From Bacteroidales bacterium (GTDB taxonomy: Bacteria; Bacteroidota; Bacteroidia; Bacteroidales; PXBB01): a stretch of 64,000 nucleotides of DNA. Location of the stretch: contig JAQVVM010000011.1 of assembly GCA_028698995.1 (NCBI GenBank), positions 19,243 to 83,242 of the forward strand. The letters are read 5' to 3'. Each line of letters begins with the position of its first letter. Position 1 is the first letter of the stretch. Position numbers and translations under genes: made by a program. Shown piece after piece: positions 1 to 10,071 of the stretch. A model generated the notes under the pieces. That model was not told the DNA's origin, did not search any database, and saw only the letters and a list, made by a program, of their open reading frames with translations.

Positions 1-3000
1 CCACCCGCCTGAACAACCGGGCTGAGTTTGCCATTGATAGGTGTATGTACCTGTACCACCTGTTGGAAGAGAAGAGCTTGTAAATGCAGCGGGACTTGTA
101 TTGTAACAGATTGTCTGATTCGAAGCAACAGATCCTGCAACAAGATTAGAATAAACTGTTACTGTAATAGTATTTGAAATGGCACTTTGACCACCGGAAG
201 TTGCTATCCTTAAGAAACATGTGTTTTGAGTAAGCGGGCTTGTATGTGTGTAAATATCACTTGTAGCACCGGAAATGTTTGACCATGCTCCTGAACAACT
301 AGGTTGTATCTGCCATTGATAAGTATATGAGCCACTTCCTCCAGAGGGTGAAGTGATATTAATAAATGTTGCAGGTGTTGTGTTGTAACAGATAGTTTGG
401 TTATTTCCTATCGTACCTCCTGTAACTGAACCAAAAACAGTGACAGTAACTGTATTTGAACTTGAATTCCCGCATGAATTAATGGCAATGCGTTTATAAC
501 AAGTATTCTGAGTCAGATTTCCTGTTTCATCGTAAGTAGATGACGTAGCTCCGGAAATATTTGACCATGCTCCTGAACAACCAGGTTGAATTTGCCACTG
601 ATATGTAAAAGGACCTGTACCTCCTGTTGGTGATGATATGCTTGTAAATGCTGCGGGGCTTGTATTGTAGAAAATAGTTTGGTCATTTCCTACTGCACCT
701 CCTGAAAGACTTGGATAAACAGTAACCTGAATAGTATTAGAATAATCTATTCCACAGGTATTTGTTACTCTTCGTCTGAAGCATGTAGTTTGGATTAAAT
801 TACTTGAATAGTTATAAGTTGATGCTGTAGCTCCCGAAATATTTGACCAAGCACCGGTACATCCTGGTTGTAGTTGCCATTGTAAGTCTAATGCACCTGT
901 TCCGCCTGATGGCATGGCAATATTTGTAAATGCAGCCGGACTTGTATTATAACAAATGGATTGATTTGATCCAACGATTCCTGGAGTAAGATTTCCGTGA
1001 ACTGTAACGATTATTGTGTTAGAATAAACAGGTCCGCAACTACCCGACATCACACGCCTTCTGTAACAAGTTGTCTGTGTTAAATTGCCGGTATAGTTAT
1101 AAGTAGTTGCTGTTGCGCCAGTGATGTCTGCCCAGCCTCCACTACACAAGGGTTGTTGTTGCCATTGGTAATTATAGGAACCCGTACCCCCTGATGGTAA
1201 AGTGGTGCTTGTAAATGCAGAAGGACTAGTGTTATAACATATTGATTGATTGGTAGCTACAGAACCTGGTGTAAGATCTGGATAAACCGTAACTGTAATG
1301 CTATTTGAATTTGTCCCCGGACAAACCCCAGATGATACCCATCTTCTGTAGCATGTAGTTTGTGTTAAATTGCCGGTATAATTATAAGTAATTGCTGTTG
1401 CTCCGGTAATGTTTGACCATGCACCAGAACATGCCGGTTGTTGCTGCCATTGATAGGCATAAGTCCCATTTCCACCACTGGCAGATGTTCCTGTAAATGT
1501 TGCTGGAGTCGTATTATAGCAAATGCTTTGGTTAGAAGCTACTGTTCCTCCATCTATAGTGGGTTCGACAGTTATAATAACCACATTGGATTCACTTGCT
1601 GGGCAAGGTCCGGATTGAATCCATCGCTTATATCTGGTAGTTGTGGTTAAGTTTATAGGAGAATAATTAATTCCTGTATTGGGTGCAGGGGCATCAACCC
1701 ACGTAAATCCTCCGTCAGTACTTATTTGCCAACCATAATTGTAGGTGCCGGCACCAAGTCCTCCACTTGGCGAGGAGCCGATAAGTGTTGAGGGGGAATT
1801 CCCTGAGCAAATTGTTTGATTGGCACTTATACTGTTGTTTGAGATGCCTGGAAAAAATGTTGCTGTAACCCCAGGGCTTGCTGTACCCCAGCAACCACTT
1901 GCAGTGCGGGGACGAACATAATATGTCCCTGTAGTAGTTGCTGAATATGTTGAACCACTATTTACCGTGCTAGTCCCTGTTGCTGATGTTTGCCAATACC
2001 ATGTTACTCCAACAGGTGGATTTCCCACAACCTCAAGTAAGACATTAGCTCCGGCACAATAGGTGCCACCGGGAGGATCTATTGTAGGTGCTGAGGGCTG
2101 TGGTGGCGGATTTTCGCGTACACGCAAAATCGCTGAGCCCACACCTGCTGACCAAGAGTAACAATTATACCGCGTAATCTGAATTTGAACCCACCCATTA
2201 AAAGGTGCCGTCCAATCTACCCACGAATCCAAATAACCACTTGCAAAGCCATTATCAGTACATGCATTGCTGCCGTCGTCATTATAATATACAACCGTGG
2301 ATCCTCCCTGATAAGCTGTTATTTGGGTGTCGAAGGATGGAGTTGCATTTGTTCCGCATGTATTAATTGAGTAGGAAGAACCATAAAAAGCATAATGTAA
2401 TTGGTGTTGTCCGGGACCAATTGTGTTTGTATAAGACCATGAACCACATGGAGCATAACCTGTCCCATTGACATTACTGTGATGATTCTGAAAATTGTTA
2501 CACACTGTGGCATAATAAGTTACTTCAATATAGCGGTAATTTAAATAATTATATGTGGTATTACACCCGGAACCACCCCAAACACGAGATGCATAAAAAG
2601 TGAAATTAATATTACCTCCAGTTGATGAGCCGTTAGCTATTGTTGAATTTGTTGTGTATGTCTGAAGTCCTCCATATGTCCCTGTACCGTAGAAAATGCC
2701 CGTAGAACCACTTGGACCCGAAACATAGGAACGCTGGTCTTCTAACCAGCCAACCGTTGCATCAACTGCAATAAAATCCCATCTTAAATACGTATTAGTT
2801 ATAATTCCGATAGGTACTGTTATAGACAAACTACTGCTTTGGTAGGTTGGATAAAAACAAGTGTTTATAATTGCAGATGAGCTTGTACTAACAGATGGAT
2901 CAATTACCACAGGATATATTCTTGCTGGATCCAAAAGCCATGATGTGGGTATTACTACATATATGAGATATGTGTTTGGTCCTGTTTGTGTCAGCTTATA

Positions 3001-3906
3001 TGCCCCTTCAATATTATTGGTTGCTCTGTCATTTCCTGAATCTGAAAAAACAGGTTGATTGATTCTTGCAGTTTCATTACCCAAAGAATTTTTAACAATA
3101 AGGTCTCCAAAAAAAACATCTGACCCTGATGACATGGCATCTGCATAGGTTAATTCAAAACCGTAAGGTATCTCAATTTCTTCACTGAAAACTACCCACT
3201 GTGATGCACTGTTTATGAGATTACTTGAACTTATGGTGTAATTGGTTTTTACCTGAGATGAATTAAAAGTAAAATTCATGTCAATACCGGGAAATATCTC
3301 ATTTACTTCAGCTAGTGCATCAGCTTTGTTTACATTTGCAAGAAATGTATTTGATGTTCTTTCTGTAATTTTATTCCAGTTGCTGTCAAATTGTGTAAAT
3401 GATCTTGATTTCCCGTATGAAATGCTTTGTCCTGTTTCATTTAATGACATGGTAATATAAGCTGTTCTGGCATCAAAAGAAATAGGTTGTGCTTGTTTCT
3501 TCATGTGAAACAGTTGTGGTTTAACATCATCCTCTTCAAATTCCTTTTCGATTGTACGCCACCAACCCTGGTCATCAATGTAGTGCATGGGTTGTCCGCT
3601 TTTTACAAGAGTAAAACCTCCATCTAAATTCTGAAATAAACGACTGTCAACAGTCCTTTCATGAATTAATTCGTAGCTGTCCTGATTGTCTGGATTTTCT
3701 AGCTTAGTCTTCCCATACTCTGGATGAAGTTTGTATCTTTCAGGTATTTCAATAAGCTCCTTATTCTTTAATTCATTTATTTCAGAATCATCTGCCGGTC
3801 GCTCATAAAAGGGATTGGTTTGAGATACTAAAATGCTTGAAAAAAAAATAAAAAAGTATAAAAGTATAGTTTGCTTATGAGGTGTGAAAATCTTAAATAT
3901 ACTCAT
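1..3906 (-). CDS. Giant repeat-rich surface protein, N-terminal 1302 codons only (3' end lies beyond the window start); tandem paralog of 4214..9817
   Basis: Reverse-strand ATG at 3904..3906. The ORF track lists no minus-strand ORF ending in 1..3906 in this frame, consistent with a frame open to the window edge. Reverse translation begins MSIFKIFTPHKQTILLYFFIFF (signal peptide), then NPFYERP...IPERYKLHPEYG...YELIHERTVDSRLFQNLDGGF, collinear with the N-terminus of the 4214..9817 product. The antisense shadow ORFs 3278..3460 and 9195..9494 are also homologous to each other. At least 7 GG.G.Y.YQWQ repeat units lie between 1 and about 1850. Confidence 0.8.
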   Translation of the reverse strand, partial: MSIFKIFTPHKQTILLYFFIFFSSILVSQTNPFYERPADDSEINELKNKELIEIPERYKLHPEYGKTKLENPDNQDSYELIHERTVDSRLFQNLDGGFTLVKSGQPMHYIDDQGWWRTIEKEFEEDDVKPQLFHMKKQAQPISFDARTAYITMSLNETGQSISYGKSRSFTQFDSNWNKITERTSNTFLANVNKADALAEVNEIFPGIDMNFTFNSSQVKTNYTISSSNLINSASQWVVFSEEIEIPYGFELTYADAMSSGSDVFFGDLIVKNSLGNETARINQPVFSDSGNDRATNNIEGAYKLTQTGPNTYLIYVVIPTSWLLDPARIYPVVIDPSVSTSSSAIINTCFYPTYQSSSLSITVPIGIITNTYLRWDFIAVDATVGWLEDQRSYVSGPSGSTGIFYGTGTYGGLQTYTTNSTIANGSSTGGNINFTFYASRVWGGSGCNTTYNYLNYRYIEVTYYATVCNNFQNHHSNVNGTGYAPCGSWSYTNTIGPGQHQLHYAFYGSSYSINTCGTNATPSFDTQITAYQGGSTVVYYNDDGSNACTDNGFASGYLDSWVDWTAPFNGWVQIQITRYNCYSWSAGVGSAILRVRENPPPQPSAPTIDPPGGTYCAGANVLLEVVGNPPVGVTWYWQTSATGTSTVNSGSTYSATTTGTYYVRPRTASGCWGTASPGVTATFFPGISNNSISANQTICSGNSPSTLIGSSPSGGLGAGTYNYGWQISTDGGFTWVDAPAPNTGINYSPINLTTTTRYKRWIQSGPCPASESNVVIITVEPTIDGGTVASNQSICYNTTPATFTGTSASGGNGTYAYQWQQQPACSGAWSNITGATAITYNYTGNLTQTTCYRRWVSSGVCPGTNSNSITVTVYPDLTPGSVATNQSICYNTSPSAFTSTTLPSGGTGSYNYQWQQQPLCSGGWADITGATATTYNYTGNLTQTTCYRRRVMSGSCGPVYSNTIIVTVHGNLTPGIVGSNQSICYNTSPAAFTNIAMPSGGTGALDLQWQLQPGCTGAWSNISGATASTYNYSSNLIQTTCFRRRVTNTCGIDYSNTIQVTVYPSLSGGAVGNDQTIFYNTSPAAFTSISSPTGGTGPFTYQWQIQPGCSGAWSNISGATSSTYDETGNLTQNTCYKRIAINSCGNSSSNTVTVTVFGSVTGGTIGNNQTICYNTTPATFINITSPSGGSGSYTYQWQIQPSCSGAWSNISGATSDIYTHTSPLTQNTCFLRIATSGGQSAISNTITVTVYSNLVAGSVASNQTICYNTSPAAFTSSSLPTGGTGTYTYQWQTQPGCSGGW

Positions 3907-3965
3907 GTTAAAAGCTTGTATGTAAAGGTTGCTAATAGGTAATTAATATTGAATAAAACAAATAG

Positions 3966-3996
3966 CAAAATTAAAATAAAAAAAATCATATACAAA
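3966..3996 (-). promoter_or_regulatory. Candidate Bacteroidota primary-sigma promoter (-33 TTTG, 19-nt spacer, -7 TAATTTTG) for the 1..3906 gene
   Basis: The plus strand reads CAAAATTA at 3966..3973 and CAAA at 3993..3996. On the minus strand this is TTTG-N19-TAATTTTG, ending 60 nt upstream of the ATG at 3906. The same architecture is found upstream of the paralog at 9885..9915. Confidence 0.5.
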
Positions 3997-4213
3997 ATAA
4001 ATATAACCTATTTGATTAAAAAAAAATAATGCAAATAATGTTACTAAAATAATATAAATTAATGTTTAATATTGATTGAAAAAAGTGGAAAAAATTTTTT
4101 TTAACGATATATTTTTTAGATTAAACTAAAATTATAAATATCGGCAAAACAAAGTGTTATTATTCCTAATTGAAAACAAGAATAATAAAGAGAAAAATTA
4201 TAAAGGCATCTCT

Positions 4214-7200
4214 TTATTTTTCACGAATCAGTGTTACAGAGCCTTTTTTTATAATAATGTCGTTGTTAGAATCTGTAAACCGGATAATGTAAAAATAGGT
4301 GCCTTCAACAACAGATATATTGTTAAAAGTGCCGTCCCAACCATCAAAACCCTGATATAAGACTTGTTCCCATCTATTCATGATGGTTAAATCGTATCCA
4401 GCCATAAATCTGTCATTCTTACTGTCTCCATTTGGTGTAAATGCATTAGATATTGGTTTGATATTCAGATGTAAAAAGTAGGGCTCTCCAACACAATTAT
4501 CATGCATGGGAATTACACTTATTAAAGTATCATTGAAAATAACATTGGTGGAGTATGTGTTCAGAAGACTAGATTGGACAAGCATATTGTTAATATAAAA
4601 ATCATAATTGTCGTAAGTAGTCGGGTTCGCAATAAATGTAACATATTGTCCGAAATTCAATAGATTACTTTGTCCATCAATTGTTAGTTCTACCTCTGGA
4701 ACGGGTGTTACAGTTATAATAACATCATCTGTTGCAGTACAGTTGTTGGAAGAATTATATACTGTAACAGTGTAGGTGGTTGTATAAGATGGACTGATGC
4801 TGATTTCAGGGGTAGTTTCAGTCGTTGACCAGATGTAAAAATCACCTCCTGTAGCACTTAAAGTCGTTTGGGTATTGGCACAAATATCTATATCTTCACC
4901 TGCATATGCTATAGGAGCTTGTGTAATTAATACATAAGCACTGTCATTATCAGTACAATTACTTGAGTTGGTATATGTGTATGTTATATAATGAAATCCA
5001 ATGCCTGCGATACTGGGATTTAGTTCATTTCCGCTTACTCCCGGCCCCGAATAAGTACCTCCTGTCGGAGTACCTCCATTAAGTAAAATAACATTATTAT
5101 CCGAACAGATTTCGTAAAATGGTAAAACAAGGTTTACATCAGGTGAAGGAATAACGTTTACATTTTGATTTGAATAATTTGAGCAATTATTGGCATTTGT
5201 ATATGTGTAGGTTATTGTTTGATTGCCAATCCCTGTTATGGAGGGGTAGAATGTATTATTACTTACACCTGTTCCGGAAAATGTACCACCGGAAGGAATT
5301 CCTGTTAGAGAGATAGGGGCACTATTCTGACAGTATTCGGATTGTAAACCACTTATACTGACAATAGGAGAGGGATAGACTATAGTTTGTACACTTACAG
5401 TGTTTTGACACCCATAACCATTTATATAAGTATAAGATATGCTGTGGGTGCCAGTTCCGGCATTTTGAGGGTTGAAATTACTGCCTGTTACACCTGGCCC
5501 ACTGAAAGAGCCTCCCGAAGGAAAGCCATTCAGAATTTCTGTTGTGTCATCAATACAGTAAGTGGGTGCAAGATTTGTTAATGTAATTAATGGAAGCCCC
5601 GATACATGGATTGATTGTGTTTCCTGATTGACACAACCGTTACCATCCTGATAGGCATAAGTTATTTGATGAAAACCTGCACCGGCTATTGATGGAACGA
5701 AATTATTCCCACTTATACCTGGTCCGGTATAAGTACCACCTGCTGGAAATCCATTTAATGAAACAGGGGTATTATCATCTTCACAATATGTTCCCGACAA
5801 ACCTGTGAAATTTACAACTGGTAGTCCATTTACAAGTACTGTTTGTGACAAGCTGTTAGTACATGTATTAGCATCAGTATAAGTATATGTAATTACATTG
5901 CTGCCAACTGCTGCAAGATATGGATAAAAATCATTTCCTTGAATTCCACTGCCTGTAAAAGCTCCTCCTGTTGGTAAACCCACAATAGGCACAGCAGAGG
6001 TTTGGTCAATACAATAAGTATTTCCAAGCCCGGTAATTGAAAGCACAGGTAAAGGATTTACTGTAACTGTTATTGTATTTGAATTAATAGGTCCGCTGCA
6101 TGTTTCTGTAACTTGACGCCTGAAGCAAGTAGTTTGGGGTAAAAGTCCTGTATGTGCATAAACATTACTGTTTGTCCCGGGAATGTTTGTCCATCCACTA
6201 GCACAACCCGCTACAGATGTCATTTGCCATTGATAAGTGTAATTGCCTGAGCCTCCGGCAGCATTAGTTATACTTGTAAATGGGTTAATTGTTTGTCCGG
6301 CACAAATTGTTTGATTTGACCCTATAGTTCCTGCTGATAAGTCAGGATAAACAGTTACGGTTACAGCAAAGGAATTTGCACTACCACAGGTATTTGTAGT
6401 AGATCGACGATAACATGTCGTTTGTGTTAGGTTACCTGTATAGTCATAAGTAGATGATGTAGCTCCTGAAATATTAGACCAAGTACCGGTGCATCCCGGT
6501 TGTTGTTGCCATTGGTATGTTATTGGCCCTGTTCCACCAGTTGGAACTTGTATGTTAGTAAAAGCAGCAGGGCTCGTATTATAACATATTGATTGGTTGA
6601 TGCCAATAGTGCCGGGTATTTGTTCAGGGTAAACAGTTAATATAATTGTACTTGTATATACGGTGCCACAGGTATTAATAACCCTTCTTCTGAAACATGT
6701 GGTTTGGATTAAATTATTTGTATGGTGATATGTTGTACTTGTTGCTCCTGAAATATTTGTCCAGCTTCCTGTGCATCCGGGTTGTTGTTGCCACTGGTAG
6801 GTATATCCTCCATCTCCTCCTGATGCTAGGGCTGTATTTGTAAATGCACTTGGGGTGCTATTATAGCATATTGATTGATTGGCAGCAACACTTCCCGCTT
6901 GTAAATCTCCATAAACTGTAACAGTAATTGTATTAGAATATACTGGTCCACATGTTCCTGACTTTACTTGGCGTCTGTAACAGGTTGTTTGTGTCAGGTT
7001 ACCTGTAAAATTATAGGTTGATGCAACAGCACTTGTAATGTCTGCCCAGCCTCCATTGCATAAAGGTTGCAGTTGCCATTGATAATTATATGAGCCTGTT
7101 CCGCCTGTTGGTAAGGCTGTGCTTGTAAATGCTGAAGGGCTTGTATTGTAACAAATTGATTGATTGGCAGCAACAGAACCGGGTGTTAAATCTGGATAAA

Positions 7201-9817
7201 CTGTTACTGTTATTGTATTTGAATTAACGCCTGGACATACACCGGCTGTGACAAATCTTCTGTAACACGAATTTGATGTTAAATTACCTGTAAAGTTATA
7301 AGTTATGGCTGTTGCTCCCGAAATGTCTGACCATGCACCAGTACATCCGGCTTGATGCTGCCATTGATAGGTGTAAGTCCCGTTTCCTCCGCTTGCTGCT
7401 GTGCCTGTAAATGCTGCAGGAGAAGTGTTATAACAGATACTTTGGTTAGAAGCTATAGTTCCAGCTGTTATTACCGGTTGAACTGTTATTATAATGACAT
7501 TTGATTCACTGGCTGGACAGGGGCCCGATTGCACCCATCGTTTATATCTCGTTGTTGTAGTAAGATTTATTGGTGAATAACTGATTCCGGTGTTAGGAGC
7601 AGGTGAATTTACCCATGTCAAACCTCCATCAGTGCTTTGTTGCCATCCATAATTATAGGTGCCGGCTCCAAGTCCGCCACTCGGTGTCGAACCAACTATA
7701 GTTGCAGGGGAAGTCCCTGAACAAATAGTTTGATTGGCACTTATACTGTTATTTGAAATACCGGGGTAAAATGTAACAGTTACCCCTGCACTTGCTGTGC
7801 CCCAGCATCCACTCCCTGTTCGGGGACGTAAATAATATGTTCCGGAATTAGTTACTGTAAATGAAGATCCACTGTTTGTAGTGCTAACTCCTGTTGATGA
7901 TGTTTGCCAATACCAAGTAACACCCACCGGCGGATTTCCAACTGTTTCAAGTAAAACATTTGCACCGGCACAATAGGAACCCCCGGGAGGATTCAACGTT
8001 GGTGTTGAAGGCTGAGGAGGCGCATTTTCACGAATGCGTAAAATGGCCGATCCTACTCCTGCTGTCCATGGAAAACAATTATAACGTGTAACTTGTATCT
8101 GTACCCATCCATTAAAAGGAGCTGTCCAATCTATCCATGAATCTAAAGTATTTCCTGTCAGTCCATTGGAAGAACAACTGGTCCCTGCATCATCATTATA
8201 ATAAACAACAGAAGAACCTCCCTGATAGGCTGTAATTTGACTGTCAAAAGTGGGATAAGTACCGCATGTATTTATTGAATAAGAAGATCCATAATAGGCA
8301 TAATGTAACTGATGTTGTCCTGGCCCTATTGTACTTGTTGTGGCCCAGCTACCGCAGGGTGCATAGCCTGTACTGTTTACATTGCTGTGGAAATTTTGAA
8401 AATTATTGCATGTAGAAGTGTAATACGTAACAGAAATATATCGGTATTCTAAATAATTGTAGGTGTTATTACAACCGGAACCGCCCCAAACACGTGATGC
8501 ATAAAAAGTAAAATTGATATTGCCACCAGGGTGTGCGTTGTTATTGGCTATGGTTGAATTGGTTGTGTAGATTTGAAGACCGGAATATGCTCCAGAGCCA
8601 ATAAAAACACTGGTAGAGCCATTTGGACCTGATACGTAAGAGCGTTGATCTTCAAGCCAGCCTATTGTGGCGTCAACGGCTCTGAAATCCCACCTTAAAT
8701 ACGTATTTGTAATGGTTCCTGCTGGTACAGTTATAGCTAAATTACTACTTTGGTATGTCGGAAAGTAACAAGAATTTACTACTGATCCTGAATTTGTTGT
8801 AACAGCGGGGTCTATTACTACTGGATATACTCTGGCAGGGTTCAAAAGCCATGAACTTGGTATTACGATATATATGAGGTATGTGTTTGGACCTGTTTGT
8901 GTAAACTTATATGCACCTTCAATGTTATTTGTTGCCCTGTCATTTCCTGAATCTGAAAAAACGGGTTGATTGATTCTTGCTGTTTCTTCTCCCAATGTAT
9001 TTTTAATTACAAGGTCTCCAAAAAAGATATCTGATCCTGAATTTACCACATCTGCATAAGATAATTCAAAACCGGCAGGAATTTCAATCTCTTCACTGAA
9101 AACTACCCATTGTGAAGCACTGTTGATAAGATTCGGGGAGCTGATGGTATAATTGGATTTTACACGGGACGAATGAAAACTTAAATTCAGGTCTATGCCG
9201 GGAAATACCTCATCAGCTTCAGCAAAAGCTTCTACTTTATTTACATTGGCTAAGAAAGAATTTGTTGCTCTTTCTGATATTTTGTTCCAATGGCTGTCAA
9301 ATTGTATAAATGATCGCGTTTTTCCGTATGAAATGCTTTGCCCTGTCTCATTCAATGACATGGTAACACAAGCTGTTTTGGCATCAAAGGAAATGGGTTG
9401 GGCTTGCTTTCTCATGTGGAACAGATGCGGTTTAACATCGTCCTCTTCTAGTTCTCTTACAATTGTTCGCCACCAGCCGTTTTCATCTTTATAGTGCATA
9501 GGTTGTCCGCCTTTTTCAATAGTAAAGCCTCCGTCTAAGTTTTGAAATAAACGGCTGTCAACAGTTCTTTCGTGGATTAATTCATAACTATCCTGCATGT
9601 CAGGATTTTGAAGTTTAACCAACCCATATTCAGGATGCTGTTTGAAGCGTTCCGGAATTTCTTCCAGACCTTTGTCTTTTTCTTCTATAACAATATTGTT
9701 TTTTTCTCCTCTTTCGTAAAAGGGCTGAGCAGCAGTCTGTGAAATATTAACAGCTAAAATGAAAAATAAAATAATTATTAGCTGACTCTTAATAGTAGTA
9801 GGAGTATTTTTATTCAT
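4214..9817 (-). CDS. Giant (1867 aa) T9SS type B cargo / adhesin-like repeat protein (CHU_C / gliding-motility-associated C-terminal domain family)
   Basis: ATG-initiated 1867-aa ORF with signal peptide (LIIILFFILAVNISQTAAQ). About 560 aa of Cys-rich N-terminal region ends near RVYPVVIDP. Six ~85-aa units follow (NQ[ST]IC...GG.G.Y.YQWQ...CYRR), then five ~76-aa units (GLP...YC...G.P.GG.[FY].G.G...). The C-terminus NAFTPNGDSKNDRF...NRWEQVLY...GWDG...GTYFYIIRF matches the T9SS type B sorting domain pattern. Confidence 0.9.
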   Translation of the reverse strand: MNKNTPTTIKSQLIIILFFILAVNISQTAAQPFYERGEKNNIVIEEKDKGLEEIPERFKQHPEYGLVKLQNPDMQDSYELIHERTVDSRLFQNLDGGFTIEKGGQPMHYKDENGWWRTIVRELEEDDVKPHLFHMRKQAQPISFDAKTACVTMSLNETGQSISYGKTRSFIQFDSHWNKISERATNSFLANVNKVEAFAEADEVFPGIDLNLSFHSSRVKSNYTISSPNLINSASQWVVFSEEIEIPAGFELSYADVVNSGSDIFFGDLVIKNTLGEETARINQPVFSDSGNDRATNNIEGAYKFTQTGPNTYLIYIVIPSSWLLNPARVYPVVIDPAVTTNSGSVVNSCYFPTYQSSNLAITVPAGTITNTYLRWDFRAVDATIGWLEDQRSYVSGPNGSTSVFIGSGAYSGLQIYTTNSTIANNNAHPGGNINFTFYASRVWGGSGCNNTYNYLEYRYISVTYYTSTCNNFQNFHSNVNSTGYAPCGSWATTSTIGPGQHQLHYAYYGSSYSINTCGTYPTFDSQITAYQGGSSVVYYNDDAGTSCSSNGLTGNTLDSWIDWTAPFNGWVQIQVTRYNCFPWTAGVGSAILRIRENAPPQPSTPTLNPPGGSYCAGANVLLETVGNPPVGVTWYWQTSSTGVSTTNSGSSFTVTNSGTYYLRPRTGSGCWGTASAGVTVTFYPGISNNSISANQTICSGTSPATIVGSTPSGGLGAGTYNYGWQQSTDGGLTWVNSPAPNTGISYSPINLTTTTRYKRWVQSGPCPASESNVIIITVQPVITAGTIASNQSICYNTSPAAFTGTAASGGNGTYTYQWQHQAGCTGAWSDISGATAITYNFTGNLTSNSCYRRFVTAGVCPGVNSNTITVTVYPDLTPGSVAANQSICYNTSPSAFTSTALPTGGTGSYNYQWQLQPLCNGGWADITSAVASTYNFTGNLTQTTCYRRQVKSGTCGPVYSNTITVTVYGDLQAGSVAANQSICYNSTPSAFTNTALASGGDGGYTYQWQQQPGCTGSWTNISGATSTTYHHTNNLIQTTCFRRRVINTCGTVYTSTIILTVYPEQIPGTIGINQSICYNTSPAAFTNIQVPTGGTGPITYQWQQQPGCTGTWSNISGATSSTYDYTGNLTQTTCYRRSTTNTCGSANSFAVTVTVYPDLSAGTIGSNQTICAGQTINPFTSITNAAGGSGNYTYQWQMTSVAGCASGWTNIPGTNSNVYAHTGLLPQTTCFRRQVTETCSGPINSNTITVTVNPLPVLSITGLGNTYCIDQTSAVPIVGLPTGGAFTGSGIQGNDFYPYLAAVGSNVITYTYTDANTCTNSLSQTVLVNGLPVVNFTGLSGTYCEDDNTPVSLNGFPAGGTYTGPGISGNNFVPSIAGAGFHQITYAYQDGNGCVNQETQSIHVSGLPLITLTNLAPTYCIDDTTEILNGFPSGGSFSGPGVTGSNFNPQNAGTGTHSISYTYINGYGCQNTVSVQTIVYPSPIVSISGLQSEYCQNSAPISLTGIPSGGTFSGTGVSNNTFYPSITGIGNQTITYTYTNANNCSNYSNQNVNVIPSPDVNLVLPFYEICSDNNVILLNGGTPTGGTYSGPGVSGNELNPSIAGIGFHYITYTYTNSSNCTDNDSAYVLITQAPIAYAGEDIDICANTQTTLSATGGDFYIWSTTETTPEISISPSYTTTYTVTVYNSSNNCTATDDVIITVTPVPEVELTIDGQSNLLNFGQYVTFIANPTTYDNYDFYINNMLVQSSLLNTYSTNVIFNDTLISVIPMHDNCVGEPYFLHLNIKPISNAFTPNGDSKNDRFMAGYDLTIMNRWEQVLYQGFDGWDGTFNNISVVEGTYFYIIRFTDSNNDIIIKKGSVTLIREK
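4217..4470 (-). other. T9SS type B C-terminal sorting domain (CHU_C / TIGR04131-like) of the 1867-aa protein
   Basis: SNAFTPNGDSKNDRFMAGYDLTIMNRWEQVLYQGFDGWDGTFNNISVVEGTYFYIIRF...GSVTLIREK. It carries the hallmark FTPNGDxxND, NRWG/E and WDG and GtYfY motifs. Confidence 0.8.
4925..6060 (-). repeat. Five in-frame tandem ~76-aa Ig-like units inside the 1867-aa gene
   Basis: Repeated pattern GLPxVxxxGLxxxYCxDxxxxxLxGxPxGGx[FY][ST]GxG[VI]xGNxFxPxxAGxGxHxI[ST]Y[TA]Y. Two copies of the same unit type occur in the 3397-aa protein (about 19040..19480). Confidence 0.75.
6060..7770 (-). repeat. Six in-frame tandem ~85-aa Ig-like units (YQWQ repeats; resemble Ig-like CHU_C-associated domains)
   Basis: NQ[ST]ICxxxxPxxFTxxxxxxGGxGxYxYQWQxxxxCxGxWxxIxGATxxxYxxxxNLxxxxC[YF]RRxV...TVTVYP, repeated six times. 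The partial paralog at 1..3906 shows at least seven. Confidence 0.8.
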
Positions 9818-9884
9818 TATAAGATATTGTTTTTTAATGGATTGAACTTAGTTTATGCAATATCAAGGGGGAAAAATCAATTAA

Positions 9885-9915
9885 CAAAATTAAAATAAAA
9901 AGAATATAAAACAAA
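9885..9915 (-). promoter_or_regulatory. Candidate Bacteroidota primary-sigma promoter (-33 TTTG, 19-nt spacer, -7 TAATTTTG) for 4214..9817
   Basis: The plus strand reads CAAAATTA at 9885..9892 and CAAA at 9912..9915. On the minus strand this is TTTG-N19-TAATTTTG, 68 nt upstream of the ATG at 9817. The motif block CAAAATTAAAATAAAAA is shared with 3966..3982. Confidence 0.5.
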
Positions 9916-10071
9916 AAAATAATTTATTTATTTGTTTTTTATGCTTAATATTATATATATTTAGGAAATTATTTTATGAAAGATACCTGAAAGGAAAATC
10001 TTTCTATTAGTATTAAATATATATTATTCTTTTTATTTAAATTTATTATTTATTTATTAAAATATTTACTT

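Noticed and set aside
4186-4218. AT-only hairpin AATAAAGAGA-N15-TCTCTTTATT overlapping the stop codon of the 1867-aa gene, considered as a terminator
   Set aside because: The stem is almost entirely A/T, the loop is 15 nt, and there is no clean U-tract on the transcribed strand. This is too weak to call.
9195-9494. Plus-strand ORFs inside the giant minus-strand genes (also 3278..3460, 1438..1650, 2185..2370, 2861..3058, 5387..5581)
   Set aside because: These are antisense shadow ORFs of long repeat-rich genes. The homology between 3278..3460 and 9195..9494 merely mirrors the paralogy of the sense genes, and none has signal-like or domain-like sequence.
1-9817. The similar but non-identical copies (1..3906 vs 4214..9817) considered as a diversity-generating retroelement template/variable pair
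   Set aside because: No reverse transcriptase gene is in the window. The similarity spans several kb including promoters, and the differences are not confined to adenine positions. An ordinary tandem gene duplication explains it.
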